Shown piece after piece: positions 1-13,075 of a stretch of DNA of 64,000 nt (positions are counted from its first letter, which is position 1; each line of letters begins with the position of its first letter). The notes below the pieces were generated by a model. That model did not search any database. It saw nothing but the letters and a program-made list of their open reading frames with translations, and was not told where the DNA came from. This stretch comes from Octopus vulgaris (Eukaryota). The DNA lies in the NCBI GenBank assembly GCA_951406725.2, contig OX597814.1:155434001-155498000 (forward strand), in the 5' to 3' direction. The position numbers and the translations under genes are program-made.

Positions 1-479
1 TTTCTTTATAATGAGTGGCTGAATGTAGAAGAATCTAGAAGTTTCTAAAGGTTCAAGAGTTCAAACGAAGTAGGAGGAGGGAGGCATAAGAATAGTAAGG
101 TGAGAGAGTGCAGGTCAAAAGAATGATGGGTTTAAATGATTTCTTTTGTGAATGAGTGCCTGTGTGTGTGACTGTATATAACTGTCTTAATGTGTGTATG
201 TGTGTGTCTTAATGCGTGATTGTGTTTGTGGATGGGTAGATGTCAGAAAACTGACAGCTGTGAGTTGAAAGGTCTGTATCTGTGAGTTCGATTATGTTTA
301 CTGTAGGGAAAGGAAAGTAGATAGCGAAAGGGAGAAAGTATCGAGCGAGGTGAGAGGCAACGCAAGAATAGATAGTAGTAATTGGGAATATAAGAAAATC
401 CTTTTTGACTATTGGGGTGAAATATAGCAAAAAATGTTTTTTGGAAATCGAGGAGTTATCTATATTAGTCACTATTTAT

Positions 480-840
480 ATGAATGAATGGTGTGTCTTT
501 TCCAGTGTAAGCACCTCTAGGATCTTTCGACGATTGTGTTTATTAAAGGGCCTTTGGCGAACAAAATATGAAAAAGTTCGGAATTACAGATGCCACAAAA
601 TTTTCTGCCTTTATCAAACGGGAAGGACACCGACAAAATGGACCATTCGAGCTTGAACGTAGTGTTATTGTTCTTCAGACGCCAGACTAATTTGCTTAGC
701 CCCGTGCTGTGTTGCTTTCTCTTATCTCTGAAAGTGGAATAATGGTTGGAGACCGTTTGGGCTAATTTAGAAGAGGTTGCGCCAATATAGAAGGAGACAT
801 CTGTTCCAGAAGAGATTTTGCATTGGTAAGTGGTGTTTCT
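480..840 (-). mobile_element. Penelope-like element remnant, C-terminal GIY-YIG endonuclease (frameshifted); its 3' sequence probably continues toward position 1
   Basis: Minus-strand translation [35 protein letters not shown]../LSKLVWRLKNNNTTFKLEWSIL..FCGICNSELFHIL..LIN..RCLH has the xxY..YIG and H..CxxC..E..LN..CxH pattern of PLE endonucleases. Confidence 0.8.
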
Positions 841-870
841 AATTTTGGAATTTTATATATGTATATATGC

Positions 871-937
<67 letters not shown>

Positions 938-951
938 AGTATATATGTATG

Positions 952-1004
<53 letters not shown>

Positions 1005-1064
1005 GAAAGAAGGTTTTGTAAATGCAATTTTAAAGATGTATATATATATATATATTTATATATA

Positions 1065-1595
1065 CGAGCAAAACGTTCCCCCGTCCAATGCACGGTGCTT
1101 AATCATATCTGCTGAATAAAAAGCAATCAGTGTTTTCTTTTCATTAAGAAGTAATTAAACATGCCGGTATTTCAATAAACTTTTTGGTTTTGTTAAACGA
1201 AATTAAGGCAAAAAAAAAAAACTTCTTGAGAAACCAAATAGTCTTTCCTTCCTTGATACCAAGGAAGAAAATATCTCGGTTGTATCTTACATTTTTGGCC
1301 TCGTAACTATGCTGCATTGTGTGGCATTATTTCAAGTCATCCGGCGTTTCGACGCAAACTGCACGTGCAATTTTCTCGCGTACGCGTAGTATCGATCGCA
1401 ACAGCTGATGTACTTGCGTGTATAAATGCACGTTCCCACGGCTTTATCGATAGCATTCTCACCTGGAATCGATTTTTGGAATATTTTCAAGACATATACA
1501 TGCCCTGATATCGTCGGTATCTACATATCAAATTTGAGCGCAATCGGATGGAGGATGCCCGTGATCCTAGAAGACACACGCACAGACAGACAGAA

Positions 1596-1600
<5 letters not shown>
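1065..1600 (-). mobile_element. probable non-autonomous Helitron-like element
   Basis: GC hairpin CCGTCCAATGCACGG (1081-1095) about 12 nt from CGAG (minus CTCG, a degenerate CTAG 3' end); other end has caaatttgagcgcaatcgg..acagacagacag followed by (AT)n, a layout typical of small invertebrate Helitrons. Confidence 0.45.
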
Positions 1601-1669
<69 letters not shown>

Positions 1670-2293
1670 TCAACCTCCTCGTTTTTACTCATGTTTTCTC
1701 ATGTACTGGTTTTCAATTAGGACTGATCATCTGCTTATATGTTGTCTGAACAGTCACATATCCATTCATAAATATCTATTCCCCAAACTTTCAGATACTT
1801 TTGATTACTTTTCGAAATGAGTTTTCAGTTTGCATTTACTTTGACATGTGTCTCTTTGAGCGTCAAATATGAAGTTTCCTATTCTCTACGTTGCTATTTT
1901 AATAATATAACTGAATGATACTGATGCGAAATGTAAACAGAAATCTGCAATAATTACATGCTTTTACAAATATCTTTGCAGTTTTATTTAAGAAACAAAT
2001 AATATTTCCTCTTTTTTTATCGCATTATGTGAAATAACAAAGGTAATAAATATAAGCAGAGCATTTTTCTAAAACAGTAATAATGAAACGGTATTGCAAG
2101 GATACGATATTTAGGTCTTAAACAAGAAGGTAGTTATTTTTATTGAATACTCACGTTTCATTATTAAATGTCTCCATCTTACTTTTAATTTAAATTCAAA
2201 CTGAACAAGAGGTTTGAAAATACAATTCTGATACACTGAAAGCACTTTCGTAGGTTTGCTTATTTCTAATTGTTTTCATTCCTTCTTTGTATA

Positions 2294-2378
<85 letters not shown>

Positions 2379-2450
2379 CCTATCTATCTATCTATCTATC
2401 TATCTATATATCTATCTATCTATCTATATATCTATCTATCTATCTATCTA
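2294..2450. repeat. (TATC)n microsatellite
   Basis: Directly visible tetranucleotide array; similar arrays at 53876-54033 and (GATA)n at 60450-60552. Confidence 0.95.
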
Positions 2451-2654
2451 TTTTGGATTTGGTTTGCAAGATTCTTTATATGAGTTCGTGTGTTGAAGCA
2501 TATTCTGTTGTGTCTGGGGAGAGTCATTTTCTTTTTGTGCCTTATAATGTAACACACTCACCGGTAAAATTTCCACTTATTTCTCATGTTTTTTATTTGC
2601 ATATATATATATATCCATATATAGTATTACCTCTGTTATCTCTGTTACCCACCC

Positions 2655-2703
<49 letters not shown>

Positions 2704-2803
2704 GAAATAATAAATGATAAAGAAACCGGAATTACGTCATTATTTGCATTACATTATATACGTTACTTACAATTGACGGATATTTGTCCTCATCTTGTTT
2801 GTT

Positions 2804-2848
2804 AACACAACGTTTCCGCTGATATACCCTCCAGCCTTCATCAGATTT
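2804..2848 (-). ncRNA. hammerhead ribozyme motif (type I, minimal stem III) in a PLE pseudo-LTR fragment spanning about 2720-2850
   Basis: Minus strand: CTGATGA-aggctggagggtatatcagcg-GAAAC-GTT-gtgtt; same family as 24570-24615. Confidence 0.6.
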
Positions 2849-3009
2849 TCCTTTGGGGCTGGCCAGATCGGGCAAATCTCAAGATTAATCAGCCGAAATT
2901 GCGAGGATGATCCGGTTCTTGACTGAAGATTGAAGGCTTCGAATGTCCCGTCCGTGATTTTTGTATCGTCTTCTAAATGTTTTGCGTTCTTGTCCCAGTT
3001 TGTATTTTT

Positions 3010-3041
<32 letters not shown>

Positions 3042-3048
<7 letters not shown>

Positions 3049-3931
3049 GAAAGAAGGTTTGAAAATGCAATTTAAAAGATGTTTATTTACTTAACCGGTT
3101 TCACTCTTTGGAAACATGTATGTGCACGCACACAGGGACACACACACTCACACCAATCTCACCTCCATACAGGTACATATATACACACGCAGCACCATGT
3201 CAAATACCATCCACACTCATGCACGCACTCATGCACTCATACACGCGCACGCACACGCACACACACACACGCACACGCACGCACACACAACACCATGACA
3301 ACCACACACACTTGACAAACAGACGCCATCTGACCAAATACTACAGACACACAGCCACATCTATTCACACCACATGTATAAGTATGCACGCACACATTCA
3401 CGCAGAGACACACATATTCACCTCATCCTAACCCCAAAATCATTGATGCTTTAAGGAGAGCCAAAAAAAGAAAAAAACGGGTACATCTTTTTCAATTCCA
3501 CATTTCTGCTAAAACGGACAGGTCGGTAAACAACCTCGCCACTACATTAATGTAAATCTTGATGTAAATTTTTTTGAATTCATAATATTCTGTACTGAAC
3601 CTTTTTTTGATATTTCCTCCTGGAAATTACCCTGGGATGTATAATATATTTGTTTTAATCTTTTCTGCCCATCTTTTCAAATATTCTCATCATACTGTTG
3701 TACTTTTTTATGTCCTTAACATGTCCCTGTTACCAAAGACTGTATATATACATGTAATGTTGCAATTTGCAACAACCAATAATTAACGCAACCAAACTTC
3801 CATATGTTACTTTTGACAATCTTTTTCCAAAGAGTGAAACCGGTTAAGTAAATAAACATCTTTTAAATTGCATTTTCAAACCTTCTTTCGTATATAATTC
3901 CACTCGTGCGATACCCCACATCTCAACTTTG

Positions 3932-3933
<2 letters not shown>
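3042..3933 (+). mobile_element. fold-back PLE relic between two (TA)n tracts
   Basis: 73-bp perfect inverted repeat (3042-3114 vs 3824-3896), about 37-bp 3' extension, then (TA)n; a short copy of the same end lies at about 1003-1038. Confidence 0.75.
3807..3851 (+). ncRNA. degenerate hammerhead ribozyme motif
   Basis: ttactt-TTGACAA (core CTGACGA with two transitions)-tctttttccaaagagt-GAAAC-CG-GTT-aagtaa; 6-bp stem I ttactt/aagtaa and palindromic AACCGGTT stem III. Confidence 0.6.
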
Positions 3934-3984
<51 letters not shown>

Positions 3985-4093
3985 TACGTATATAGTAAAC
4001 CCCATAAAGACGAACAAACACAAAAAACACAACAATGTGAGTACGTGGTACATGTAAAGTATTAGCAGACGCTCAGGGAAGGAAAGAAAGATT

Positions 4094-4129
4094 GTTTAAC
4101 GTTTCGAGCAGATGCTCTTCTTCGGAAAA
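4094..4129 (-). ncRNA. hammerhead ribozyme motif with one core mismatch
   Basis: Minus strand: tttt-CCGAAGA-a-GAGC-atct-GCTC-GAAAC-GTT-aaac; palindromic AACGTT stem III. Confidence 0.6.
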
Positions 4130-4256
4130 AGAGGAAGATCCAATAGAAGGGAATACGGAGGAAGAAAATCACCAACATTCACATGTCGCTACATTTTGAA
4201 ATGACCGGAATGGAATGGTCTCACACACACACACCCACACACTCACACACACACAT

Positions 4257-4294
<38 letters not shown>

Positions 4295-4941
4295 TTATAC
4301 ATATACATACATTTACATACTTACATACATACGTACATATATATATAGTTGAAATTTAGAGAAAACCTACAGATGGCGCTAAGGTGTAGGTACAGGAGGT
4401 GGTCAAACTTTGCATAAGGAGTAGACATCCATATATGTGTATATATATGTATATATGTGTATATATGCATATTTATATATACACACACATATATGCATAA
4501 ACACACAAATACCTTCACATGAAACACACACACACACACCTTCATATGAAACACACACACACACATATATATATTCCTGGCAGTCAGTATCCATGGATAC
4601 TCCACAGTCAATTTGAAAACTGTAAGATTGCTGGAAGTTTTGAAAGTCAATAAACATTATTTCAGTTTGAACTATTTGATTCTTTGGGTTGTATAAAAAT
4701 CAATATAGGAAGTTTTGAATGCGCTATCTTAAAAGGCAGTATTTCTGGTTACCCTAGCCCTTGTCATCTCTTCATCACTTCTACCATCTGTGTTATCCAT
4801 ATTTTTCGCTTTACGGTAAGAAATAAAATATCTTAACTATAGAGAAAAATCGAAGACATTTAAAACTTATTTTGCTTCTGTACTCGTACAAAATATGTCA
4901 CAAACATATTTTAACTAAATTAAATTTTCTCCCCTCTTCCG

Positions 4942-4999
<58 letters not shown>

Positions 5000-7417
5000 A
5001 GTTTGGAATAGAAAGAGGTTGTTCTGTCACAGGGACGTATTTTGTCCAAGTGTACACCGGTTTGGTTCACAATCGATTAATATACTTGGAATTCATTAAT
5101 TTGTGTTAGTATTAGAGTTTACACTTATAAAGTTCCAGTAGTCATTATAAATGTTTTCATTCATTCGATGTAAGAGAACAGAATTTGAATGATATAATTT
5201 AAGTGAAGTGGACAGATTGAACATAGAAAAAATCAATTTATTTATATAACAGTCAATTTCGTATCGCTTACGTACATTTCAATTTCTTACCTTCATTCGT
5301 ATTTTGTAATTAAGATTGCATTATACATTTAAAATTAAGAATCTTATCATGGCAAAAATTGACAAGAATATTTCACATACTAATGAATGTAAAGTTGCTT
5401 ACTAACTGATATAGCAGCATGCGTTTGTGCGTGTTTTTGTGTCAGCATGTGTGTCTTTTGGATTCTTTTCTAAAAAATAGCTTAGGGTTAAACTACCATA
5501 CTGCAATTCTCCTTAAGGGAATTTATATCCTTTCTCTACTCACTTGTGAAAGGAATAAAAATATAAATATATATATCAGCAAGAATCTTAAGCAATAAGT
5601 TAACTTCAACTATTTAATTGTGAGAATTTCAATTTTTATTACAATTTTATTTATTTAGATGTATCAGTCTTATTACTTAAGAGTTTAGGTTATTTTTTGA
5701 TAATTTAAGTTATTATATTTTTAGTTAAATTAATATTTATATATTCAATGGGGATATGATTCACAATGCATGCGTCATTTGTATGAAGTTAGTCTATTTA
5801 CAAATGATGAGGGTACATTTCATTTTAAGGTTACTTCCTATGTTTATTTTAACTTTAATCATTCATGGGGTGTTTATTCAAAAATAATTTATTATTTAAA
5901 AATTTATTAAATATGTATATATTCATACACACACACACACAAACACACACGCACGCATGCACATACACACACATATATGCATATATAAATGTATATATAC
6001 ATACATGCATATCTATCTATCTATCTCTCTCTCTCTATATATATTTTTTCCCTTATGAATACAACAAGTTCTCTATATCGCTTTTATTTAATATAATTGG
6101 TAAATTATTTATTTTGCTACATGAGCTGATAGTGAGAGTTTCAATGTGTACTCGGCAAGAAATTTTCAAACAGAATGTGAACTATTATAATATAGCACTA
6201 AATTAGCAGGATATAAGCAAAAGTTAAAATACTATGAACCAAAGAATAACTCTAATGTTAGGAACTATACGCATGAAGAAAAATACAAACAAAAATCAAA
6301 ATACTATGAATCAAACATAAATTCAAATTCTAAGAACTATACACAAAACGGTATTCACAATAATAAAATCAAAATTGAGCAAAATAAACATAGAGGATGG
6401 AATCCAATATAAAATAGATGAGAATAATACAAGGATAGACAAGGGATTGTTTAAATAAACTAACAACAAGTAATAAAGATAGAAACCCTGAGAAAATAAA
6501 ATTTAAAGCTAATAAAATAGAAAGACGGCCCAAAACAAAACATTACAATAATGAAAATTGTGACTACTTAAATAAAAACCTAAACAGGATAAGAAATAAT
6601 AAAAAAGGCAGTAATTCAGAACCTAAACGGTAAAATGCATAACAATTCTGTAAAATGTTACACCCCTTGTATAAAAATAATTAACTTCCAGAAAAATTAC
6701 TCTAAAAGGAATTACTATGAGGATAATATAGCATGGTTCATAATACCATTCGCAAAAGAAATTAGAACGAATATAACGAAAGTATTTTAGAAAGCGGTAT
6801 CTAAATACTTTCAAAGGGAAACAAACATCACAAAATAGTAAACACACACAAATTAAGGGCGGGTTTTCCCGTTTCGAAAAACATTGCACAAATTATATCT
6901 GCACTAAATACTAAAAAATTAAATGATTTCTATAATAATAGGTGTAAGTACAAATGACTTACTTAATGGCCAAAATGACGAAGATCATAATGATAGTAGG
7001 AAATATACCAACAATGAAGGAAGCTAAGTAACTCTTAATGTTTTCTCACTAAGAGCGAAAAATATAAACTTACAACCTATAAAAAGGAAAATAAATAAAT
7101 GTAATAATAATAACCATAATGGTAATAAAACATTAATGCGAATAATGTAAATATATATGCTGATACTAATAGTAACAACAACGAACACAAAATAAATTAT
7201 AAATAATAATATGAATATGAGAAGTAAAGAAGAATATAAGGCATTAGGTAAGTCTCATAACGCAAGAAATAAACAAAGAAATAACCTGGAAAACGGAAAA
7301 AAATTGGCTCAGCATTAGTAATTAGGAAACATCGAAAGGTCCTGATAATTAAACCTGTGATTGTGCCAATAAAAATCAAAATAGAAGTCCATTACGAAAT
7401 TTTTGTTGAGAAAAAAA

Positions 7418-7780
7418 AAATAATATGTAGGTGTAAATTAATGTCTGAGGGGCACGGTTACTACTGTGTAGGCTTCACGCAAAATCATATAAAAAGAAGG
7501 AGACAACCATGAAAGTACTTTTAAAGATATGAGGAAAGAAGCTAGCCCTAGTTTAAGTAGATTAATTTACAAAATTAATGACAAAAATAAGGAATATACA
7601 TTAAAATGGGAAGTAATTAGCAGGGCAAAAGCTTATAGCACTGGAAGCAAAATGTGTGACTTATGCGCTGAGGAAATTTTCCAGATCATTACATCCAAGC
7701 ACAAATTAATCAACAATAAAAGAGAAAGAAGTTTTTCTTGCCCACATACGATTAAATATACATTTAATAAATTCAAATAA
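7418..7780 (+). pseudogene. PLE GIY-YIG endonuclease remnant
   Basis: IICRCKLMSEGHGYYCVGFTQNHIKRR then (frameshift) SLSRLIYKI..YTLKWEVISRAKAYSTGSKMCDLCAEE..LINNKRE..CPH. Confidence 0.85.
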
Positions 7781-8710
7781 ATAAAATTACATAGATATTA
7801 TAGGAATAGATATACGTCTAGTGATTCGAAATAAATAAACCCTCACTTTCAGCTCATGTATCAAAATAAATAAATTACCAATTATATCAAATAAATGAAG
7901 GACTGAGAACTTATTATATTCATAATGGAAAGGAAATATAAGAAATGTAAGCATTGGTTTGTGGGTTTGATTCCGGCTAGGGTTAGCTCATTATTTTTTC
8001 GGTATTTTGCTTGTAATTAAAAATTGTCGCTTTAAATCGGAGAATATATATTATTATACAGTTATATATATGTACATGTGTGTGTGTGTAAATATATTTA
8101 TATATGTATAAAGTCCAATAAATTTTTGAATAATAATGAATTTTTAAATAATAAATTATTTTAAAATGAACACTCCATGGATGATAAGAGTTAAAGAAAA
8201 GACAGGAAGTAACTTTAAAATTAAATGTACCATCACCATTTGTAAATAGACTAATGTGATGATACATAGTGAATTATTTCCATATTAACTATTAAAAAAT
8301 TAATTGAACTAAAAATATAACCTAAATTATCAAAAAATAACTTAAACACTTAAAAAATAAGACTAATACATCTAAATAAATTAAAATCGTAATAAAATTG
8401 AAATTCTCACAACTAAAAAGTAGAACTTAAATAAATATGTTTATTTGAATTCTTGCTGATATATATATATTTATATTTTTATTCCTTTCTCAAGTGAGTA
8501 GAGAAAGGAGTGGTAGACAGCCTTTATAAAACCAATATAAATTCCAATACGTGGAATGGTAGTACAACTAGCCATTGACCACTGTGGTCGCGGTTTATGC
8601 CCCAGGTTATTTTTAGAAAGGAATCCAAAAGACACATGCAAATATACAAGCGCATACTGTTAGTAAGCAACTCTCCATCGATTATGATTTTTATCAATTT
8701 TTATCAATTT

Positions 8711-8803
8711 TTGCCCTGAAGAGATTCTTAACTTTTAAATGCATAATGGAATCTTAATTGCAAAATATGAATGAAGGTAAGAAATTGAAATGTACGTAGG
8801 TGA
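8711..8803 (+). ncRNA. hammerhead ribozyme motif with expanded stem II
   Basis: ttgcc-CTGAAGA-gattctta..taagaaatt-GAAA-TGTAC-GTA-ggtga; stem I ttgcc/ggtga; mirrored degenerate copy on the minus strand at about 5262-5356. Confidence 0.55.
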
Positions 8804-9589
8804 TACGAAATTAATTATTGTATAATGAATTTGATTTTTTTCTATGTTGAAACTCTACATTTACCTTATATCATTCAAATTTTTTTCTCTTATATCGAAT
8901 GAATGAGAACCATTTATAACGATTACTGGAACTTCCTAAGTGCAAAATCTAATACTAACACAAATTAATGAATTTCAAGTATATGCCAGCCGACACTGGT
9001 TTCCTATCGGACCCTTTGTAACCGATGTTCTACAAATTCTGAAGACAATGTATACCTATTTTAAAAGCATCTTATGAAATCTTTTAGTTTATCACTAACA
9101 GTTGAATCCTTAGAGAATAGTTTATCTCGAGAAATTAGCGACGATAAGCTGTTAAAACCTAGACCTAGGAAGAGCTAGACTGTGTTGTATGATTAATCTG
9201 TGATATTGATTTATAAGCAATTCAAATGAAATGTAAATTATATTTAAAACCCTGATAATTATCAAAGTTCAAATCTTGATGGAATTAGTCATGTATAGAT
9301 CTGTGAACTCGGGCTAATCTCTCTTATTCATTCGGTCCAATAATGCCTTCACTAGCAATGAAATGAAATTGCTCAGCAGGAAATCTGTCCTGTATTGCAG
9401 ACTTAGATTACTTTAGAAGTACTCGAGAGTGTCCTAATTTACTTCGGAATTATCTTAGAAATCCTTCTTTGTCACCTGAATAGAAATTCATAACTGATAT
9501 ATTTTACATATATTATACAGCACAAATCTTGTATGGTGCTGTTGTAACACATATAGATCGAATAAATCACATTGCAAAAATACCTCCCC

Positions 9590-9830
9590 ACCGTATATTT
9601 GGCATGCGGTTGCTTCCTAATACACACCAATGTCTGGTCCATCGACGTACTGTCTCTGCTCTCGGTCTCTTCCATCGTCTCTTCAATTACCATTTCCCAC
9701 CAGGAGTTGGCATTCGCTTCCATGCCTGGCACTGACCCCTATGAACATTATTTTCTCGCAGCAACGTCAATTCTCTTGATGTCTTCAGTTTGTAACTATT
9801 GAAGTGAAACGTTAACAGTCTTAATCTCAC
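9590..9830 (-). mobile_element. decayed RTE-type LINE 3' fragment
   Basis: Frameshifted minus translation FIGVSAR..QLLVG..RWKRPR..YVDG resembles the RTE C-terminal GH..G...GxRxRGRPR..D motif. Confidence 0.35.
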
Positions 9831-11469
9831 CTGTCACGAACGTTATGGCCATAGCACAATAGACAGCCAGCTAATTATTTTGAAATTAATTTAAAATAGC
9901 GAAATGCTGAATAAGTTACGTGTATTTGCATATCTCTGAAAGAATTCATTGTCTAAATATTTCATTCTCCTGGTCCCATGCTTGTATAAAAAAATAACAT
10001 TTGATAGTAGTTGTAAAACACATTTTAATGCTTCAAAACCTCGTTATTTAACTCTCTAAAGACATTCATTCAAAACTAAGCAGTCAAGGATTGTTAAACG
10101 TCAAGTGTATTTGCCTGGACCACAACTTAATAATGGTCTGTAAGAGAGCAATTAGATGTTTTCTATAGGAGCATCAGCTATTTCAACTCAGGGATTGAAT
10201 TGATGAAACTTAATGCCGCGTGGTTTTTTTATGCTCTATCGATCCCGTCATCCTGGTACTCAAAGTCAGTATATTGTATGATCACGGCATTTAAGATAAA
10301 TCACCCAACTGTGTGGAATAAGCAAGAGAAAAATCTCACATTAGAGTCTCCACCTGTTAATAATGTGAAATCAGTGGCAATATTAAGTAAACAGAGGAGT
10401 TCAAAAGAAAAGTTTGAAATAAGTTAGAAAAATAACTTTAAAATACGCTTCTGTGCAAAACTTTTTGTAATTATTATGTTTCCTGTCTTGTAAAAAGAAA
10501 ACAAAAAACGCCGAAAAACAATGTTACAAGAAATTATTATAATAAAGGTCACTATTTATTCAAATTTGCGCTGACCAAAATGTTTTAGGGAATATGTTTA
10601 CTTTTTAAATTTTCTTTTTTGTAAATATCACAGGCGTCAGACAGTTAATAATTTTTGCTTATTCTTGTGTGTGGAAGACATGACTGCAATTTTGACATTA
10701 TAGTGTGTCAGTTGATGATAACGTTGCTTTGATTATTCAGCTAAGCAAAATATACCACTACCCTAACAACAGTAACTGATCCAAAACTACAACAAAGGAA
10801 AACAACAAGCACGACTATATTGATAAAGAAGAAAGGAAAGACGGCCATACAGATACACAGAAAATTAGGAAAATAAATATTATATTTCATATATTAAATC
10901 ATTTTTTTACAGTAAATAAAACAAATTACAGAATAAAATCAATGAAATACGTTTATTAGATTTTTCAATTTGTCTGAGGAGGGCTGAACGCAGACAGAGA
11001 CAGATATATATGCACGAATTCTCGCATATATACACACGGGAGTGCACGTATGAGTGTGTAACAGTGTACGAATATGTATGTACATATACTTACAAACATA
11101 CATACACATATAGGTGTGTACAGATGCAGTCACACACACATATAGACATGTTTGTATATGTTTATTTACACTCATATACCGACGTAGACACACACGCTCA
11201 CAAAAACCGAACACATACACATCCCACACATCCCACGCGCAAATAGACACAAATATTCAGTGTAATATTCAAATAAAAATCAAGAAAAACACAGATCAAC
11301 TGAGAACTAAATACGGTATATATGTTGCGTGTGTACTCCATTATGTAAGAAGTATGAAATTATAGAAACATAATTGTTTAATACATAACGTATCTCATCA
11401 TAGGCTACAATTTATCGACTAACTTCTTACCCACAAATTTTTAGCCTTGTGTCTGCTAGACTTTATTAC

Positions 11470-11600
11470 TGGTGGTGAATTGCCGGAACTTTTATAGAGT
11501 AGAAAAACTGATTCCGATGTTACCGGTTTTTACCTTCTGAGTTCAAATCCCACCAAAATCAACTTGACACCCTGTTGTTGATAATTGTTTGAGCTGAATA
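11470..11600 (+). mobile_element. degenerate copy of tRNA-derived SINE (family A)
   Basis: ggtggtgaattgccggaa..ttctgagttcaaatcccacc.. matches the 12680-13075 copy. Confidence 0.55.
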
Positions 11601-12679
11601 TACAATCGCCAGCTGCTATATACACTTCTTTCATAGTGTATATATTTGAGTAATGAATGATCTTTGTCATTGAATATATAAGACGTGATGATGTACTGAA
11701 TGACGTGCATAGGAAATTCTATATGAATTGAAAGCCCTTTCTTAGCAGGAGAAAAGTAAGGAAAACATATGAATGAATATATACATAGCACTCAGGATAC
11801 AAAAACAGCTACTTAAGTTTCATTTGATACTGGGTCTTCAAGTAGTCGTACTAAGCACAATCCTTAAAACATTGAAGTGGATGTTTTATGAAGAAAGATA
11901 TCATCAAAGATACTCAGAGACTGTGTTTGCAAAATGAAATTCCTAAAAACTTAACTACTTAGACATATCTGTACCTGAATTTAGGTACATATGTTCATAT
12001 TGCTGTCGGCTTATTATTTTTAGGGGTTTCAATGTCACTGTTTGATGACCTGAAATTTCACTCCAATTCTCAATTCTTATTCCAGGTTCATCTTTGGTTT
12101 ATTGTATTAACACTTTACAATGAACAAAATGTTAAATTTTAGATAACGTGAGTTAAGTCATTCTTGTTGTTTAGTTTCAGTTCAGAGATCCCAGTCATAA
12201 CCACCTCTTTTTCTTTTGATAGGTATAACTATTTCATTCAACAAAATCCACCTTTATCCAGAAGAAATTAAGAGATTTGACATGTTGGTTTTAACAGGCT
12301 GAGTTAAAATATAAGTGCCCTATCAAAACTTGCTTTGAACCTAGCAGTTTTATAGGAAATTGAATTATAATATGATAACTGTTTCGTAATAAAAATAAAT
12401 TTAAAAGTTACCATTCTGGGTTAGAATATGAAAATGTGTATGGTTAAGGGGTACGGTATGTGAACTATTCTAACAAAATAAAACATTTAAATAACCATAC
12501 AAGAATACGTTGCCAAAACTGATATATATATATGATAAAGAAAAAAACAATAAGTAAACATTGTTAAGGAACATAACAATGTGCTTTAACTGAAACAGAA
12601 TACATAGTAATAAAATACATTAATGAAATAAACGCACAAGAATAATTTGTCAGAACTGAGTAGGGTTAAAAGACAATTC

Positions 12680-13075
12680 TTTTTTAATATAGGCACAAGG
12701 CCCGAAATTTTTGGGGCGGAAGCCAGTCGATTAGATAGACTCCGGTACGTAACTGGTACTTAATCTATCAACCCCGAAAGGATGAAAGACAAAGTCGACC
12801 TCGGCGGAATTTGAACTCAGAAAGTAGCGACAGACGAAATACATATTTCTTTACTACCCACAAGAGGCTAAACACAGAGGGGACAAACAAGAACAGACAA
12901 ACGGATTAAGTCGATTACATCGACCCCAGTGCGTAACTGGTACTTAATTTATCGACCCCGAAAGGATGAAAGGCAAAGTCGACCTCGGCGGAATTTGAAC
13001 TCAGAACGTTATGGCAGACGAAATACCGCTAAGCATTTCGCCCTGGGGCTAACGTCTCTGCCAGTTCGCGCTACA
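12680..13075 (-). mobile_element. dimeric tRNA-derived SINE (family A)
   Basis: Minus strand has the B-box-like GAGTTCAAATTCC twice, each followed by gaggtcgactttgyctttcatcctttcggggtygata..aagtaccag (internal tandem duplication). Confidence 0.8.

Larger units (their letters stand above)
5080..8985 (+). mobile_element. Penelope-like element with long diverged inverted pseudo-LTRs
   Basis: Inverted repeat about 5080-5910 vs 8130-8985 (clearly alignable, many mismatches); internal linker remnant IAWFIIPFAKEIRTNITK at about 6725-6900 and GIY-YIG domain at 7418-7780. Confidence 0.8.

Noticed and set aside
2918-2955. CTGAAGA followed by a short hairpin as a hammerhead
   Set aside because: No GAAA box follows (cgaatgtc)
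4736-4821. Hydrophobic frame AVFLVTLALVISSSLLPSVLSIFFALR ending at gtaaga
   Set aside because: Weak acceptor with an in-frame stop immediately upstream; likely chance
10200-10427. HPTVW motif as a MULE transposase fragment
   Set aside because: Five residues only, with no accompanying TNNxxE motif or TIRs
12780-13075. tRNA-like B boxes (GAGTTCAAATTCC)
   Set aside because: SINE heads; no complete cloverleaf or acceptor stem
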